Below are positions 46,138-55,692 of a DNA stretch of 64,000 nucleotides, piece by piece. The position numbers were made by a program, and so were the translations under genes. The stretch covers positions 140,686-204,685 of IMG/VR virus record IMGVR_UViG_3300018962_000001. One strand, given 5' to 3'. A model generated the notes under the pieces. It had not been told where the DNA came from, ran no database searches, and was given only the letters and a program-made list of their open reading frames with translations. Within the stretch, counting starts at the first letter, position 1; every line of letters begins with the position of its first letter.

Positions 46138-46601
46138 ATCTCAGTATGAACCTGCTGGCCGCGCTAAACACCTATTTCGCCTTCCAGACCATGCCACACC
46201 AGCACGGCACGGTCCAGGTGGTTGGATGGCGCGATGACCCCACGCGCCAGCGGGTCTGTGCCGCGCTGACGGCTACTGCCGAGGAGGATGGGTGGCGGAT
46301 CGCCATCCGTTCGGACGGTATTGCCCTGTTTCGTGATGACGAGTCCCATCTCATCACCGGCCCGATCGAGATTCCACGCCACGCGCCCGGACGGATTCCT
46401 ACCCGGCTGGCGGAGTATCTCTGGACCTATACGTGTCTGTGTTTGGGTGATCCGCGCATGACCGGGCCAATTGCCCTGTTTGCCCTGTCGGTGGATGCCG
46501 ACGCCCACCGGGAGCAGCTTGCCAGCACGTATCACCAACGCGAGGTGGTGCTCCTTGGCTTCGACGACTGGTGTGATCGTTTTGAAGGAGGATCGGTCTA
46601 A
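46134..46601 (+). CDS. Tandem paralogue 2 of 3
   Basis: GGAGG RBS; LSMNLLAALNTYFAF. Confidence 0.75.
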   Translation: MNLSMNLLAALNTYFAFQTMPHQHGTVQVVGWRDDPTRQRVCAALTATAEEDGWRIAIRSDGIALFRDDESHLITGPIEIPRHAPGRIPTRLAEYLWTYTCLCLGDPRMTGPIALFALSVDADAHREQLASTYHQREVVLLGFDDWCDRFEGGSV

Positions 46602-46861
46602 TGCGCCTGAGTGCTGCGATGAAAGCCGCGATTAATACCTATTATGCGTTCCGGCGGACCCCAACCCGCGTGGCAACACTGGAACGTGGTGGATCGCTCT
46701 ACAACGTCGGCTGGCCCGACAGTGCGACCAAGGAGCGGATCTGCCAACACGTGTGTGATGTTGCCGCTACGCACGGGATCAGTGTGTCGATTGTGCCGGG
46801 GACCATCTTCCTCCGGCGTGGCACGCAACGCCTGCAAGTGAATGGACCAATCGAGCCATGA
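46601..46861 (+). CDS. Tandem paralogue 3 of 3
   Basis: AGGAGG RBS; LSAAMKAAINTYYAF. Confidence 0.75.
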   Translation: MRLSAAMKAAINTYYAFRRTPTRVATLERGGSLYNVGWPDSATKERICQHVCDVAATHGISVSIVPGTIFLRRGTQRLQVNGPIEP

Positions 46862-47733
46862 GTGACCACCGAACCCTGCGCAGCGATGGGACGCTGCGCT
46901 ATGCTGATGGAATCTACCGACTCGCGCAGTTCGAGGGCGGCGACCCTGACGGCGAGTGGTGGAATCAACGAGTTGATCCGTATCTAGGAAAGCGGGTGGA
47001 GGTGGAGCTGGACGACGGGATTCAACTCGGAAAATTGGCCGTGTCTGATCCACGCACGGGCGACTTCCTCTTTTATATGTTTCGCGATCAGGACGTTGGT
47101 CCGCCGCCGCCGCCACTGGATACCCAGGTGGCGGAAGATGGCGCGGTGTATTATTCCTGGCGCTGGTGGATGCCGGAAGCCCCCGCTTCAGTCTGGCGGC
47201 GCTGGATCGGCAAGGTGGTGCATCTCCATGATGATCCCGACGCGCCCCAGGATCGAGTTCAGGTCGTTGATCCGGCGACCGGCACCACCCTGTGGTGGGC
47301 GCTCATCGTGCCACTCCCGCCGCGCGATCCCCTTGCGCGACCGACGCGGCAACCAACCGTGATCGACAAACTCCAGGAGGCTCTCACGGGTCTCGAAGCG
47401 ATGCAGGCGCAGATTGATCGGTGGCGCGACCAGCTCACCTGGCTGGTCGATGCCTGGGATCAAGATCTGGGCACCCGCATTGATCCCGATCACCTGATCG
47501 ACCTGATCGCCGACTTCGCCGGTATTCCTGGGCGCGGCCCCAAGGAACGCGCCGACGTGGGGACGTTTACCGTGCGACTTTCTGCGGAGCAGATCGCGCT
47601 GCTGCGTACGGCGACGCAGGCAGACGCGCAGCACGTCCTCCCCGCCATCCTGTCGCAGCTCACGATCGCGGCACGGGCGCGATCGGCGCACGGCCTCATC
47701 GATCTCCGGCAGCCGTCCCCGCCCCGCCCCTAA
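46858..47733 (+). CDS. Hypothetical protein, 291 aa
   Basis: ATGA overlap; last gene of the plus-strand block. Confidence 0.7.
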   Translation: MSDHRTLRSDGTLRYADGIYRLAQFEGGDPDGEWWNQRVDPYLGKRVEVELDDGIQLGKLAVSDPRTGDFLFYMFRDQDVGPPPPPLDTQVAEDGAVYYSWRWWMPEAPASVWRRWIGKVVHLHDDPDAPQDRVQVVDPATGTTLWWALIVPLPPRDPLARPTRQPTVIDKLQEALTGLEAMQAQIDRWRDQLTWLVDAWDQDLGTRIDPDHLIDLIADFAGIPGRGPKERADVGTFTVRLSAEQIALLRTATQADAQHVLPAILSQLTIAARARSAHGLIDLRQPSPPRP

Positions 47734-48539
47734 CGAAACACCACCTGTGGCGCGGTGGTCAATGGATCAAGCTGGACCACCCGCCGCCACTGCTGGCCGA
47801 TTCGCCACGGATGGACGTGATCCAGATCGGTAAACAAGGTCCGACCCAGCAGTGGCCCCAGCAGTGGCGCACAGGTGTCGAGCAGCCGAGGAGCCAGGGT
47901 CGAACTGGATACGCACAGCACCACAAAGCGCCGGGCCGCGCCCGCGCCCTCGGCTGCGCGCCGATACATCCGCAGCTTCTCCTCCCAGACCCCGATCCGC
48001 CGTGCCCGATCCACCTCCAGATAGTACTGGATGGCTCCCTTCGGATGCTCAAGGGAAAAGACCGCATCCGGCGTGGAGGTATCGGATTCTTCCCGCAGGC
48101 GTGGCGCAAGCTGCCAGCCTTGCAATCCAGTCGGCGTGGTTTCCTCCAGACGGCTCCGCACCGCCGCATACACGCGCCCGACATCAAGCCGCTGCTGAAG
48201 CGCCTCATCGGACTCTGGAGGCATCGCGACATACCGGATCGTGGCCTCTGGGCGGCCCGTGGTGACATGCAGCCGCTCAGCACCCCGCGCCGTGAGGCCA
48301 TAGGCGATCTCGGCCCGTCCAGGCCGTTGCAGGCGCTGGAGATAGCCCGCGCGCGTCAATCGCCGCAGCCGATCGTACAGCCACGAGGCGGCGGGGACGC
48401 GCCCGCCATCCTCGCCGGTGCGCGTCCGCCAGCCGGTGTAGTGCAGCCATTCGATGGCCGGGACCGTAAGATACTGGGCGTCCGCCAGGCTCCCAAACAT
48501 CGCCAGATCGCGATCCGTCACTTCAACGCCCACCGTCAT
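47730..48539 (-). CDS. Replication-relaxation (Replic_Relax-like) family protein
   Basis: TDRD..F..L...YLT, RLRRL...GYL, Y.LT..G, PDAVF...YYLEVDR...EKL..Y motifs; GGAGG RBS. Confidence 0.7.
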   Translation of the reverse strand: MTVGVEVTDRDLAMFGSLADAQYLTVPAIEWLHYTGWRTRTGEDGGRVPAASWLYDRLRRLTRAGYLQRLQRPGRAEIAYGLTARGAERLHVTTGRPEATIRYVAMPPESDEALQQRLDVGRVYAAVRSRLEETTPTGLQGWQLAPRLREESDTSTPDAVFSLEHPKGAIQYYLEVDRARRIGVWEEKLRMYRRAAEGAGAARRFVVLCVSSSTLAPRLLDTCAPLLGPLLGRTLFTDLDHVHPWRIGQQWRRVVQLDPLTTAPQVVFR

Positions 48540-48762
48540 GCGAATCCTCCGATAAGACCGTGATCGAGTCAAACGCGCCGATCTCGATCCACAGATCGTC
48601 CAACCGATCAGTCCTGGGAACCTGGAATCGCTCGCCCGTGGTCATAGGCGGAATCTCGCCTACCACACGTCCATGCAACACGATCTTCAATCCCACGCTT
48701 AGCTGTTCATGGAAGATCGGCTCATCCCCGCTTGGCTGTTCATCGAATATCGGCTCGTCCAT
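48523..48762 (-). CDS. Hypothetical protein, 79 aa
   Basis: GGAGG RBS. Confidence 0.55.
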   Translation of the reverse strand: MDEPIFDEQPSGDEPIFHEQLSVGLKIVLHGRVVGEIPPMTTGERFQVPRTDRLDDLWIEIGAFDSITVLSEDSHDGGR

Positions 48763-48922
48763 TATCCCTCCGCGCTGGACCCGTCAGATACCCCAGGAGA
48801 TCCTAGACTTCCGCACAGGTTGACGCATATTCTAGGAGATCGCGCCGACTTTTGCAAATCCGTGTCGCACTTTGCGAAGTTTTGGGGAAAGAGAAGTAAG
48901 ACAGGTATATAAGGAGGCCATC

Positions 48923-49213
48923 ATGGGGTTTGTCGATCTTCGATTTCACACGGAACAGAGTTGCAGCTGGTGCCACACGATGAACGCGACCACCGTGCAG
49001 CGCTGCGCGCGCTGCGGCCACGATGCGCACCAGCCACGGATGGTGTGTACCTGCCCACGCTGTCAGGGCGGCTGGCAACCGTTGGGGCTACAAAAACACC
49101 ACGCGGAAGCGGATCGCGCCGACCAGTCGCCAAAACACCGCGAGGTACGGGATCAGGACGGAGGTGACGATCATCTCGGCGATATGCGCGGGCCGGTGCG
49201 AGGTGCCGGTTAA
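48923..49213 (+). CDS. Cys-rich zinc-ribbon protein, 96 aa
   Basis: AAGGAGG RBS; CSWC, CARC, CTCPRC. Confidence 0.65.
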   Translation: MGFVDLRFHTEQSCSWCHTMNATTVQRCARCGHDAHQPRMVCTCPRCQGGWQPLGLQKHHAEADRADQSPKHREVRDQDGGDDHLGDMRGPVRGAG

Positions 49214-50142
49214 GCGCTCCAGACAAAAATCATGATCCAGAGGATCGCCAGCGTTGCCAAAAATAGGGCGATGACGCCAGCTCCCGCAACGCTGGCGATC
49301 CCGGCCAGCACGGTGCTGATCACAATCGCATAATAGTGGCCGGGAGGCCAGCGCTGAATCTGCGCCCGATACAGGGCGGGGTATTTTTTATACAGGAGCG
49401 CATTGTATTGTGACTTGCGTTGTTGCCCAATCGACACGCCCCACGGGGCAGGGCGGATCGGATGGACGACGATCGCCTCCGGTGCGGGAACGACCCGCAT
49501 CCCTGCCGTGAGCAGCGTAAAGTACAGGTCGCTATCTTCACGCCAGGCGGCGCGGTAGCGTTCATCAAAGCCGTCGATCGACTCTAAGGCTTGGCGCTTC
49601 ACAAAACAGTTCGCGGTGATAAATCCGAGACCGGCGAGGCCAGCGGCATTTCGTTCATAATCCGTTGGCACCGCCGGGAGGGGCATCGTCGTCAACCCAA
49701 AGGCCGCTGCCGCCTCGCCGGTGTCGATGGCTGCCACGCCCGACGCGAGCCAGTCCGGATCAGGCACGGTGTCATCGTCCGTAAAGGCGATAATGATCCC
49801 CTCGGCGCTGCGCCAGCCCACATTCCGGGCCGCCGCCGGGCCAGCAGGAGATCCCGGCTGTCCGGCGCGCAGGTAGCGAAGCCGCCGTCCGGTGATCACC
49901 GCAGGTTGCTCGTGATGCCGAATCAGCGCGAGCATTCCGGCAGCGGACATGCCTGCGTCCTCCACCACCAGCACCTCGTAGGCAAACGATACGCGCTGGT
50001 GCATCACTGCGGCGACGCACCGATCCAGGAGATCGAGTCGTCGATAGGTTGGGATGACCACCGACACCAGCGGACGAGCAAACGGGACCTGTTTGGCCCG
50101 ATGCTCCACCGCCCCGTGAGTCCACCGATTCTGCCGATCCAT
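49210..50142 (-). CDS. Glycosyltransferase family 2
   Basis: VSVVIPTY, GPAAARN.G, FTDDD (DxD) and REDSDL motifs; C-terminal hydrophobic segments. Confidence 0.9.
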   Translation of the reverse strand: MDRQNRWTHGAVEHRAKQVPFARPLVSVVIPTYRRLDLLDRCVAAVMHQRVSFAYEVLVVEDAGMSAAGMLALIRHHEQPAVITGRRLRYLRAGQPGSPAGPAAARNVGWRSAEGIIIAFTDDDTVPDPDWLASGVAAIDTGEAAAAFGLTTMPLPAVPTDYERNAAGLAGLGFITANCFVKRQALESIDGFDERYRAAWREDSDLYFTLLTAGMRVVPAPEAIVVHPIRPAPWGVSIGQQRKSQYNALLYKKYPALYRAQIQRWPPGHYYAIVISTVLAGIASVAGAGVIALFLATLAILWIMIFVWSA

Positions 50143-50144
50143 CC

Positions 50145-51788
50145 CTATCCTCCTGCCGATCCGCGCTGCCCGCTTGTTTGATCTGCCGCCGCGGTCTGAT
50201 CCGCCGTTTCGGCAGCCGCCGCCGCCGCCGCCGCCGCCTGGGCCAACAGGCGCTGACTCGCACTGGTTTTCTCGGTCAGCGGGTTGGCCGATCCCGCTGC
50301 CCCCGCAATCCGCCCTGCCTGGAGGGCGGTTTGGACCCCAGCGCGATCGGCTTCCAACTCCAACCGGGCACGCTCGTATTCCAACTGCTCCAACGCCGTG
50401 AGCGCCACCAACGGGCGTGGCATGATCTCATGATCCAGCTCACCACGGGCATAGCTTTCGAGATCGAAGGGCAGGAACTTCTTTTGCTGGCGCGTGAGCT
50501 GGGCAGGCGTGGCCGACCAGGCTCCCGAGTTGGCGCGAAAGCCGCCCATTGCGACCGCCATCTGCTGCAATTTCATCATTTGCTGATCGTAGTTTGCCTG
50601 CGCCTCCAGCACCGTGCCCGACACATCGCCCATCAAGCGAATCGCCGCCGGACCCGTGACCTGACTCATCGCGCGGAGTTCCCGATACATCGACAGTTCC
50701 GGGTGATCATGCTCGATCTCGGCCAACAAGGACTCAATCCAGGGCAGCGCTTCCGCCGGATTGAGTTCGCCCAGCAGGGACTCGACCTTCCCACCGATCG
50801 GTCCCTTCAGCATCAGCACGGAATCGCGATCGGTATTATCGGGCAGATCAATATCCACCTTCTGCTGCTCGGTGTCGCGATTCTTCCGCGCGCCGAAGAT
50901 GTTGGTAATCGATCCTCCCGACCAAAAAACGACCGGGTTGGCGATCGCTTTGTGCATCTGATCGTGAATATGGGCGGCCATACTATTCAGCTGGTCGAGC
51001 TTCCCGATCGCCCGAATCGCCGGAGCGCCAAAGTCTCCGCCGAGATCGACATGCTTACACCACACTGCCGGAACAAACCCGTACGGATTCTCGATCTCAG
51101 GCGGCGTGCCGTCATAGCTGAACAGCTCGTGATTCCGAAGCGTGCGAATGGATTCCTTGGAGACTTCCTTGGTGTACACATAGGGGGTGCCGTCCGGGGC
51201 CAGCGCCCGGTATTCCATTGCATAAAAGAGGACGTTGCCCGTCGCATCGAGCTGGAGATCATCGCGGACCAGGCCCGGCCACACAATATTGCGGGTGATC
51301 TTGCCGCGATCCAGCTCATCGAGGAGCTCGACCAACACATCCCCACTACACCCGCCATACCGGACCAGCACCGACTTTCCCGCTTGCCAGTTCGCCCATT
51401 GCCACCATTGGCCGATCGCGTGTTTCAGGGCTTCGGGCGTATCTTCGGCCAACGGAATCGCCAGGGGCACGCCATCAGGAAGGCGGGACCCATCGATCGC
51501 CAGCACGCCCGGATATACCTGGGCGGCGTAGAAATCCACCAGTCGCCGTACCGGGTTGTACAGAATGCGCGTTTGTTTGTAGAGGCGATACTGGCTTTTA
51601 TACCGTGCCCATTGTGCGGCGGTGGTGGCGAGATCTTCGAAGGCCTCATTCCGATACCAGGACCAATACAAGGCATATTGATCGATTCGTCCATTAAACG
51701 ACCCTCGCCCGGCGGCGGGTTGCCCCGCACTCCCTGGATCAGCAAGGCGCTGTCGAAACGCCGTCAATCCTGCGCGCGTTGCTGCCAT
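50145..51788 (-). CDS. Portal protein (SPP1 gp6-like), about 547 aa
   Basis: YNPVRRLVDFY, ENPYGFVP.V...H, D.LN motifs and size; GGAGG RBS at ATG 51788. Confidence 0.8.
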   Translation of the reverse strand: MAATRAGLTAFRQRLADPGSAGQPAAGRGSFNGRIDQYALYWSWYRNEAFEDLATTAAQWARYKSQYRLYKQTRILYNPVRRLVDFYAAQVYPGVLAIDGSRLPDGVPLAIPLAEDTPEALKHAIGQWWQWANWQAGKSVLVRYGGCSGDVLVELLDELDRGKITRNIVWPGLVRDDLQLDATGNVLFYAMEYRALAPDGTPYVYTKEVSKESIRTLRNHELFSYDGTPPEIENPYGFVPAVWCKHVDLGGDFGAPAIRAIGKLDQLNSMAAHIHDQMHKAIANPVVFWSGGSITNIFGARKNRDTEQQKVDIDLPDNTDRDSVLMLKGPIGGKVESLLGELNPAEALPWIESLLAEIEHDHPELSMYRELRAMSQVTGPAAIRLMGDVSGTVLEAQANYDQQMMKLQQMAVAMGGFRANSGAWSATPAQLTRQQKKFLPFDLESYARGELDHEIMPRPLVALTALEQLEYERARLELEADRAGVQTALQAGRIAGAAGSANPLTEKTSASQRLLAQAAAAAAAAAETADQTAAADQTSGQRGSAGG

Positions 51789-51981
51789 TAAGCGCCTCCC
51801 CACTGCTGCTGGTCGATCTTGCACCACCGTCGCTCCTACTCCGTCCCGGAGTGCTAGGTTGAAATAGACCATCCGGTACGGTGGGGGGCGCGCAGGCGCA
51901 CGCAGAGTGGTCGGTGCCTATAGCATACCAAAGAAACGCGCTCCGGCATAGTCGGAGCGCGTCAGTCGGGAGAGGAGCGTG

Positions 51982-52419
51982 TCAGGATGGGGGAGTCGGG
52001 GCAATTAAGGGCGGACAGGACTCGACGATTTCGGCATGATCAAGGGAGACCGCCCCTCCTGGCGTGGACGCCCAGGTAACGCGATAGCCCTGCATCGTCG
52101 GATCTTCAAAGACCTGCGCGCGGGAGCCTTTCCAGATCGTCTCACCGAGATAGATCAGGGGGGCATGCGGCGACCGCGCCTCAGTATCCTGATCCCCCAG
52201 GTGCCAGGCCGCCAGGCCGGTGATCCCGCCATGCCGCTGCACCATACGCAGCCCTTCTTCCAGCGCAAACGCCTCGATCTGGCCTGCGGCCCACTCGTCG
52301 TTGGTCGGCACGGTCCATGACCCGGTGGCCTGCGGGATCTCAGCCTCCCAATACGTTACGTCCTGCCGCTGCGTATAGCTCGATCCATCGGCAAAATCGA
52401 ACCGAAAAAAATACGCCAT
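51982..52419 (-). CDS. Hypothetical protein, 145 aa
   Basis: AGGAGG RBS. Confidence 0.7.
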   Translation of the reverse strand: MAYFFRFDFADGSSYTQRQDVTYWEAEIPQATGSWTVPTNDEWAAGQIEAFALEEGLRMVQRHGGITGLAAWHLGDQDTEARSPHAPLIYLGETIWKGSRAQVFEDPTMQGYRVTWASTPGGAVSLDHAEIVESCPPLIAPTPPS

Positions 52420-52431
52420 GTTTCCTCCTGA

Positions 52432-52845
52432 TCAGGACCGGGGCAAGCGGAGCGCTGCCTCGATCTCCTCGGCGCTGAGTGGCTGCATCACGGTGACGCA
52501 ACGATCGAGCGCTTGCCAGCCAATCCACCAATCGGAACCGGGAGCCAGCGTCAAATCCCGCACGCGATTCCCGCCGGTATAGCCAAACCACGTCGCCAAG
52601 GTCCACACCGCATGGTTGCCCGGCCTCTGGCCGCCGGGCAAGGAGATGCGCAGATGCCGATAGACTCCGTGGGGCCGCTCCGCCAGATAGAAAACACAAC
52701 GGTAACTTCCGACCAGACAGGCATGGCGACCATGATCCCCCGGTGGTGGCGATCCGGCCACGGCGCGATGCCAGCGCTGCTGGGGGGTTGCCCAGGATCG
52801 GACGCGGGTGATGCGCGCAAGCGCGTGCGGCGAGCTTTCTAGCAT
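52432..52845 (-). CDS. Hypothetical protein, about 137 aa
   Basis: Overlap coupling with the upstream gene; start uncertain. Confidence 0.55.
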   Translation of the reverse strand: MLESSPHALARITRVRSWATPQQRWHRAVAGSPPPGDHGRHACLVGSYRCVFYLAERPHGVYRHLRISLPGGQRPGNHAVWTLATWFGYTGGNRVRDLTLAPGSDWWIGWQALDRCVTVMQPLSAEEIEAALRLPRS

Positions 52846-53186
52846 TCGGGCCGACTCCGGGGCGACTCGATCCAGGTCACCGTCCCGGCGGCGATGCAAC
52901 TCGCCAGGAGCACCTGCCGCAGCGACCAGCCGCGCACGCGCCCGACCTGGCCGACAATCAGGCCAGCTCCGTAGCCCAGGAGCCGCCGTCGCCACCGCCG
53001 CCCCGCTGCGGTGATCCCGCGCTCCGGCGTCCACAGGCCCAGATCAACGGCATAGGCACAGAGCACGACCGTCCGCCAGTGCCGCCAGCGACTCCAGGGG
53101 AAGCTCGCGGCAGTATTGGGTCCCATCGTTGCAATGAATCGTGCGCCGTGGGCAAGCCAGCGCCCCCGCTCAAGCAGCTTGTTCAT
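52839..53186 (-). CDS. Putative membrane protein, 115 aa
   Basis: AAGGATG RBS; hydrophobic stretches. Confidence 0.55.
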   Translation of the reverse strand: MNKLLERGRWLAHGARFIATMGPNTAASFPWSRWRHWRTVVLCAYAVDLGLWTPERGITAAGRRWRRRLLGYGAGLIVGQVGRVRGWSLRQVLLASCIAAGTVTWIESPRSRPEC

Positions 53187-53204
53187 CCATTCATCCTTCC
53201 ATGT

Positions 53205-53486
53205 TCACACATAGGTATCCAGGCCCAGGCGTTGCCGGACCTGGCGAATCCACCAGATCACCGTAATAAACTCAATGTGGAGGTGCCAGTGATAGCCTGC
53301 CGGATGCCCAGGCCGAACGTCAAGCCGGGTGGTCAGCACCTGGATTCGGAGTTGGCAGTCACACCACGTCGTGAACGCAGTGAGTGAATCTCGATAGGCC
53401 GTCGCGAAATCGGCGGCCTTGCCATGCAGATCAGCGACATAGGGGACCAGATAGACCGGATTCTGGTCGGCGGGAAGAACCGCCAT
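53205..53486 (-). CDS. Hypothetical protein, 93 aa
   Basis: AAGGAGG RBS. Confidence 0.65.
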   Translation of the reverse strand: MAVLPADQNPVYLVPYVADLHGKAADFATAYRDSLTAFTTWCDCQLRIQVLTTRLDVRPGHPAGYHWHLHIEFITVIWWIRQVRQRLGLDTYV

Positions 53487-53496
53487 AGTGTCCTCC

Positions 53497-53841
53497 TTAC
53501 TGGGGCATTTCCGTCGACTGAGCCAGCAAGAATCGTTGCACCACGGAGGGAGCCGACTCCGTAGGGAGGAGCGCCCCGTCAGACTCAAGCCACTCCGCGA
53601 AGCGATGCACCAGCGCAGTGGCCTGGTCCTCAGCTGCACGGCCCTCTGGCGGGGACTCCTGCGCGCACGTTGGGCACCGCCACTGGCCCCTCGCATCAGC
53701 GATCCAGCCCTCGCGCTCCCACACCGCCAGCGCCGCCGCCGCCGATCGCCCCTGTTGCAAGACATCCGCCGTGGTCGGACACGTCAGACAGTGAATCCGT
53801 ATCAGGCGGACCCATCCCCCTGCAAGCACTAGCTTCCCCAT
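53497..53841 (-). CDS. Zinc-ribbon protein, 114 aa
   Basis: GGAGGAG RBS; CLTC and CPTC. Confidence 0.65.
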   Translation of the reverse strand: MGKLVLAGGWVRLIRIHCLTCPTTADVLQQGRSAAAALAVWEREGWIADARGQWRCPTCAQESPPEGRAAEDQATALVHRFAEWLESDGALLPTESAPSVVQRFLLAQSTEMPQ

Positions 53842-53855
53842 AACTCCTCCACGTG

Positions 53856-54275
53856 TCACCGTATCCCAGATGCCTGCTTTCGTCCTAAACACCGCAGACA
53901 CAAGGGGTGCAGATTAGCGCGCCGATTTCGTCCGCCGCGTTCCAACGGAATCAGATGCTGGAGATACAGCCGCTCTCCCTCCGCTCGGCACCACCCACAT
54001 CGGTTCCCATACAAGGCCAAACAGGCATCCCAATCCTCAACGGTAATGCGCTCGGCAAGTCCCCGGAGCGCCGCCCGCTGGTTGGCTGCCGCAACATCAT
54101 AATAATCGCCCATTGGGCGGCGCGCTGGCACAACGGGCGGCATAGTCGGCGTGCCCACCGTGATCCTCGCCCGATCCCGTGGGATCGGCGTGGGATCGGG
54201 ATCGGCGTGCGCTGCCAGGCAGCGATCACACCAGCACTTGAATCCATGCGCGGTGCGACGATTCTCGTGGTTCAC
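53856..54275 (-). CDS. Second HNH endonuclease-like protein
   Basis: CGWC...HLIPLERGG.N...NL.PLCLRC motif; start uncertain. Confidence 0.7.
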   Translation of the reverse strand: MNHENRRTAHGFKCWCDRCLAAHADPDPTPIPRDRARITVGTPTMPPVVPARRPMGDYYDVAAANQRAALRGLAERITVEDWDACLALYGNRCGWCRAEGERLYLQHLIPLERGGRNRRANLHPLCLRCLGRKQASGIR

Positions 54276-54316
54276 GCGCTCCCCATATGCCCGCCAGCAC
54301 CGATAACAACCCACGC

Positions 54317-55021
54317 TTAGCCGTCCTGTTCCGCCCGATAGCGCGCGCCAATCCCAGTCAGAGCAGACCACGGAGCTTCCGTGGCAGCCCAGGCCCGAAT
54401 CTCCGCCAGCAGATTCAGCGCTTCCACCGTTTCGGCGGCATCCGTTGCCGCCGTCACCAACCCCCAGGTCCGATCGTCGCGGAAGATCAGGTGGACATCA
54501 CTGCCCGTCGCGACCAGCGCCGGATACGTCTCACAATGAAACGGCCCCGGTAGCCGGATTAATTGTGCGGGACCACCGTAGGTTGCCGACACTTCCACCA
54601 GCCCCGGATCGATTCGCATCCAGGCTTTCGGCGGAAACCACTCGGCATCCACTCCGGCGGCGGCGGCGGCGGCGCTTAAGACCGCATCTGGGCGATAATC
54701 GGTCGCGACCAAGCGATCCGGGCCGGGAGTATCCGCCCACGGATCGGCGGGATTCCAGACCACGGGAGTCTCACGAAACCACCGATCGATCTCGCGGGCC
54801 AACGCCGACTCAAAACACGCCACCTGTTCCCCGGTTGGGATCGGTTCCGACCACAGCCGCTCCGCTGCCAATATCCCGATTGAGTCGGCCAGATCCCGTT
54901 TCGTTGGCGCTGCCTGGCGCAGCGCAATGCGCTGGATGATCTGATCAGCCCACCAGCGTGCTGCCGCGCGCACCTCCCGTGCCCACCGTGGATCACATGC
55001 TCCCTGCCTGGATTTCTCCAT
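54317..55021 (-). CDS. Hypothetical protein, 234 aa
   Basis: GGAG RBS; AA.WWA motif common in phage early proteins. Confidence 0.7.
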   Translation of the reverse strand: MEKSRQGACDPRWAREVRAAARWWADQIIQRIALRQAAPTKRDLADSIGILAAERLWSEPIPTGEQVACFESALAREIDRWFRETPVVWNPADPWADTPGPDRLVATDYRPDAVLSAAAAAAGVDAEWFPPKAWMRIDPGLVEVSATYGGPAQLIRLPGPFHCETYPALVATGSDVHLIFRDDRTWGLVTAATDAAETVEALNLLAEIRAWAATEAPWSALTGIGARYRAEQDG

Positions 55022-55094
55022 ACGTCGTGACTCCGATCTGTAAAGGATAAACCCCCCAAATCCCGGCTTTTTGGCCCTTAACGCTTGACACCGC

Positions 55095-55421
55095 TTAGGA
55101 TTCGTTCACCGCGCGGGCACGGCGCACCGGGATCATTAACTCGATCGCATGCTGCCGCTCAAACCGCTCGTACACGTGCGCGACCACACTCCCACCGTCC
55201 AGTTGCGCCGATCCAAGATACCGGCGCGGCAGCTCCGACATCGGCTTCCCGGTCCCGAAGGTTTCAATCCAGCGTTCTTCCGCCGGAAAATCGGTCTCCA
55301 CTTCTGCCCACAGACAGGCTTCGTTCTCCTGAGCCTGCACCGTGAGAATCTGCGCCCCGCGCGGCATCCTGATCGACTGGAGACTTTGCCGCGTGAGCGG
55401 ATATTTGTAGATGGTTCGCAT
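55095..55421 (-). CDS. Widespread small phage protein (DUF7352-like)
   Basis: MRTIYKYPL...MPRGAQILTVQ...CLWAEV...FGTG...YLGS.Q...V.HV.E pattern. Confidence 0.65.
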   Translation of the reverse strand: MRTIYKYPLTRQSLQSIRMPRGAQILTVQAQENEACLWAEVETDFPAEERWIETFGTGKPMSELPRRYLGSAQLDGGSVVAHVYERFERQHAIELMIPVRRARAVNES

Positions 55422-55422
55422 A

Positions 55423-55692
55423 TTAATCCTGTTTCTCCCGCGCGGATTGCCGCGCGGTACGGCGATCCCGACGAGTCACAACAGCCTGCCGGACACCGCA
55501 CTGCTGACAGCGACGGCTGGTTTTCTGCTGGAGCGCCGTCGCTGCGACCTCGCGCTCCGCCCCACAGCTGCACCGACACCAATAGTACACTTTTGAGCTT
55601 GGACCGTAGGCACTGACCCGGTTGGGAAGCCGATGCAGCACCGTCCACTCGCCAATCACCTGCCCGCTCAGATCAACCGCCCGGAGTGGCAT
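55423..55692 (-). CDS. Small Cys-rich protein resembling the N-terminal module of HNH/AP2 homing endonucleases
   Basis: DLSGQ.IGEWTV...W.C.CSCG..REV....L....SRRC..C. Confidence 0.65.
   Translation of the reverse strand: MPLRAVDLSGQVIGEWTVLHRLPNRVSAYGPSSKVYYWCRCSCGAEREVAATALQQKTSRRCQQCGVRQAVVTRRDRRTARQSAREKQD

Noticed and set aside
50178-51791. 537 aa plus-strand ORF
   Set aside because: Antisense shadow of the portal.
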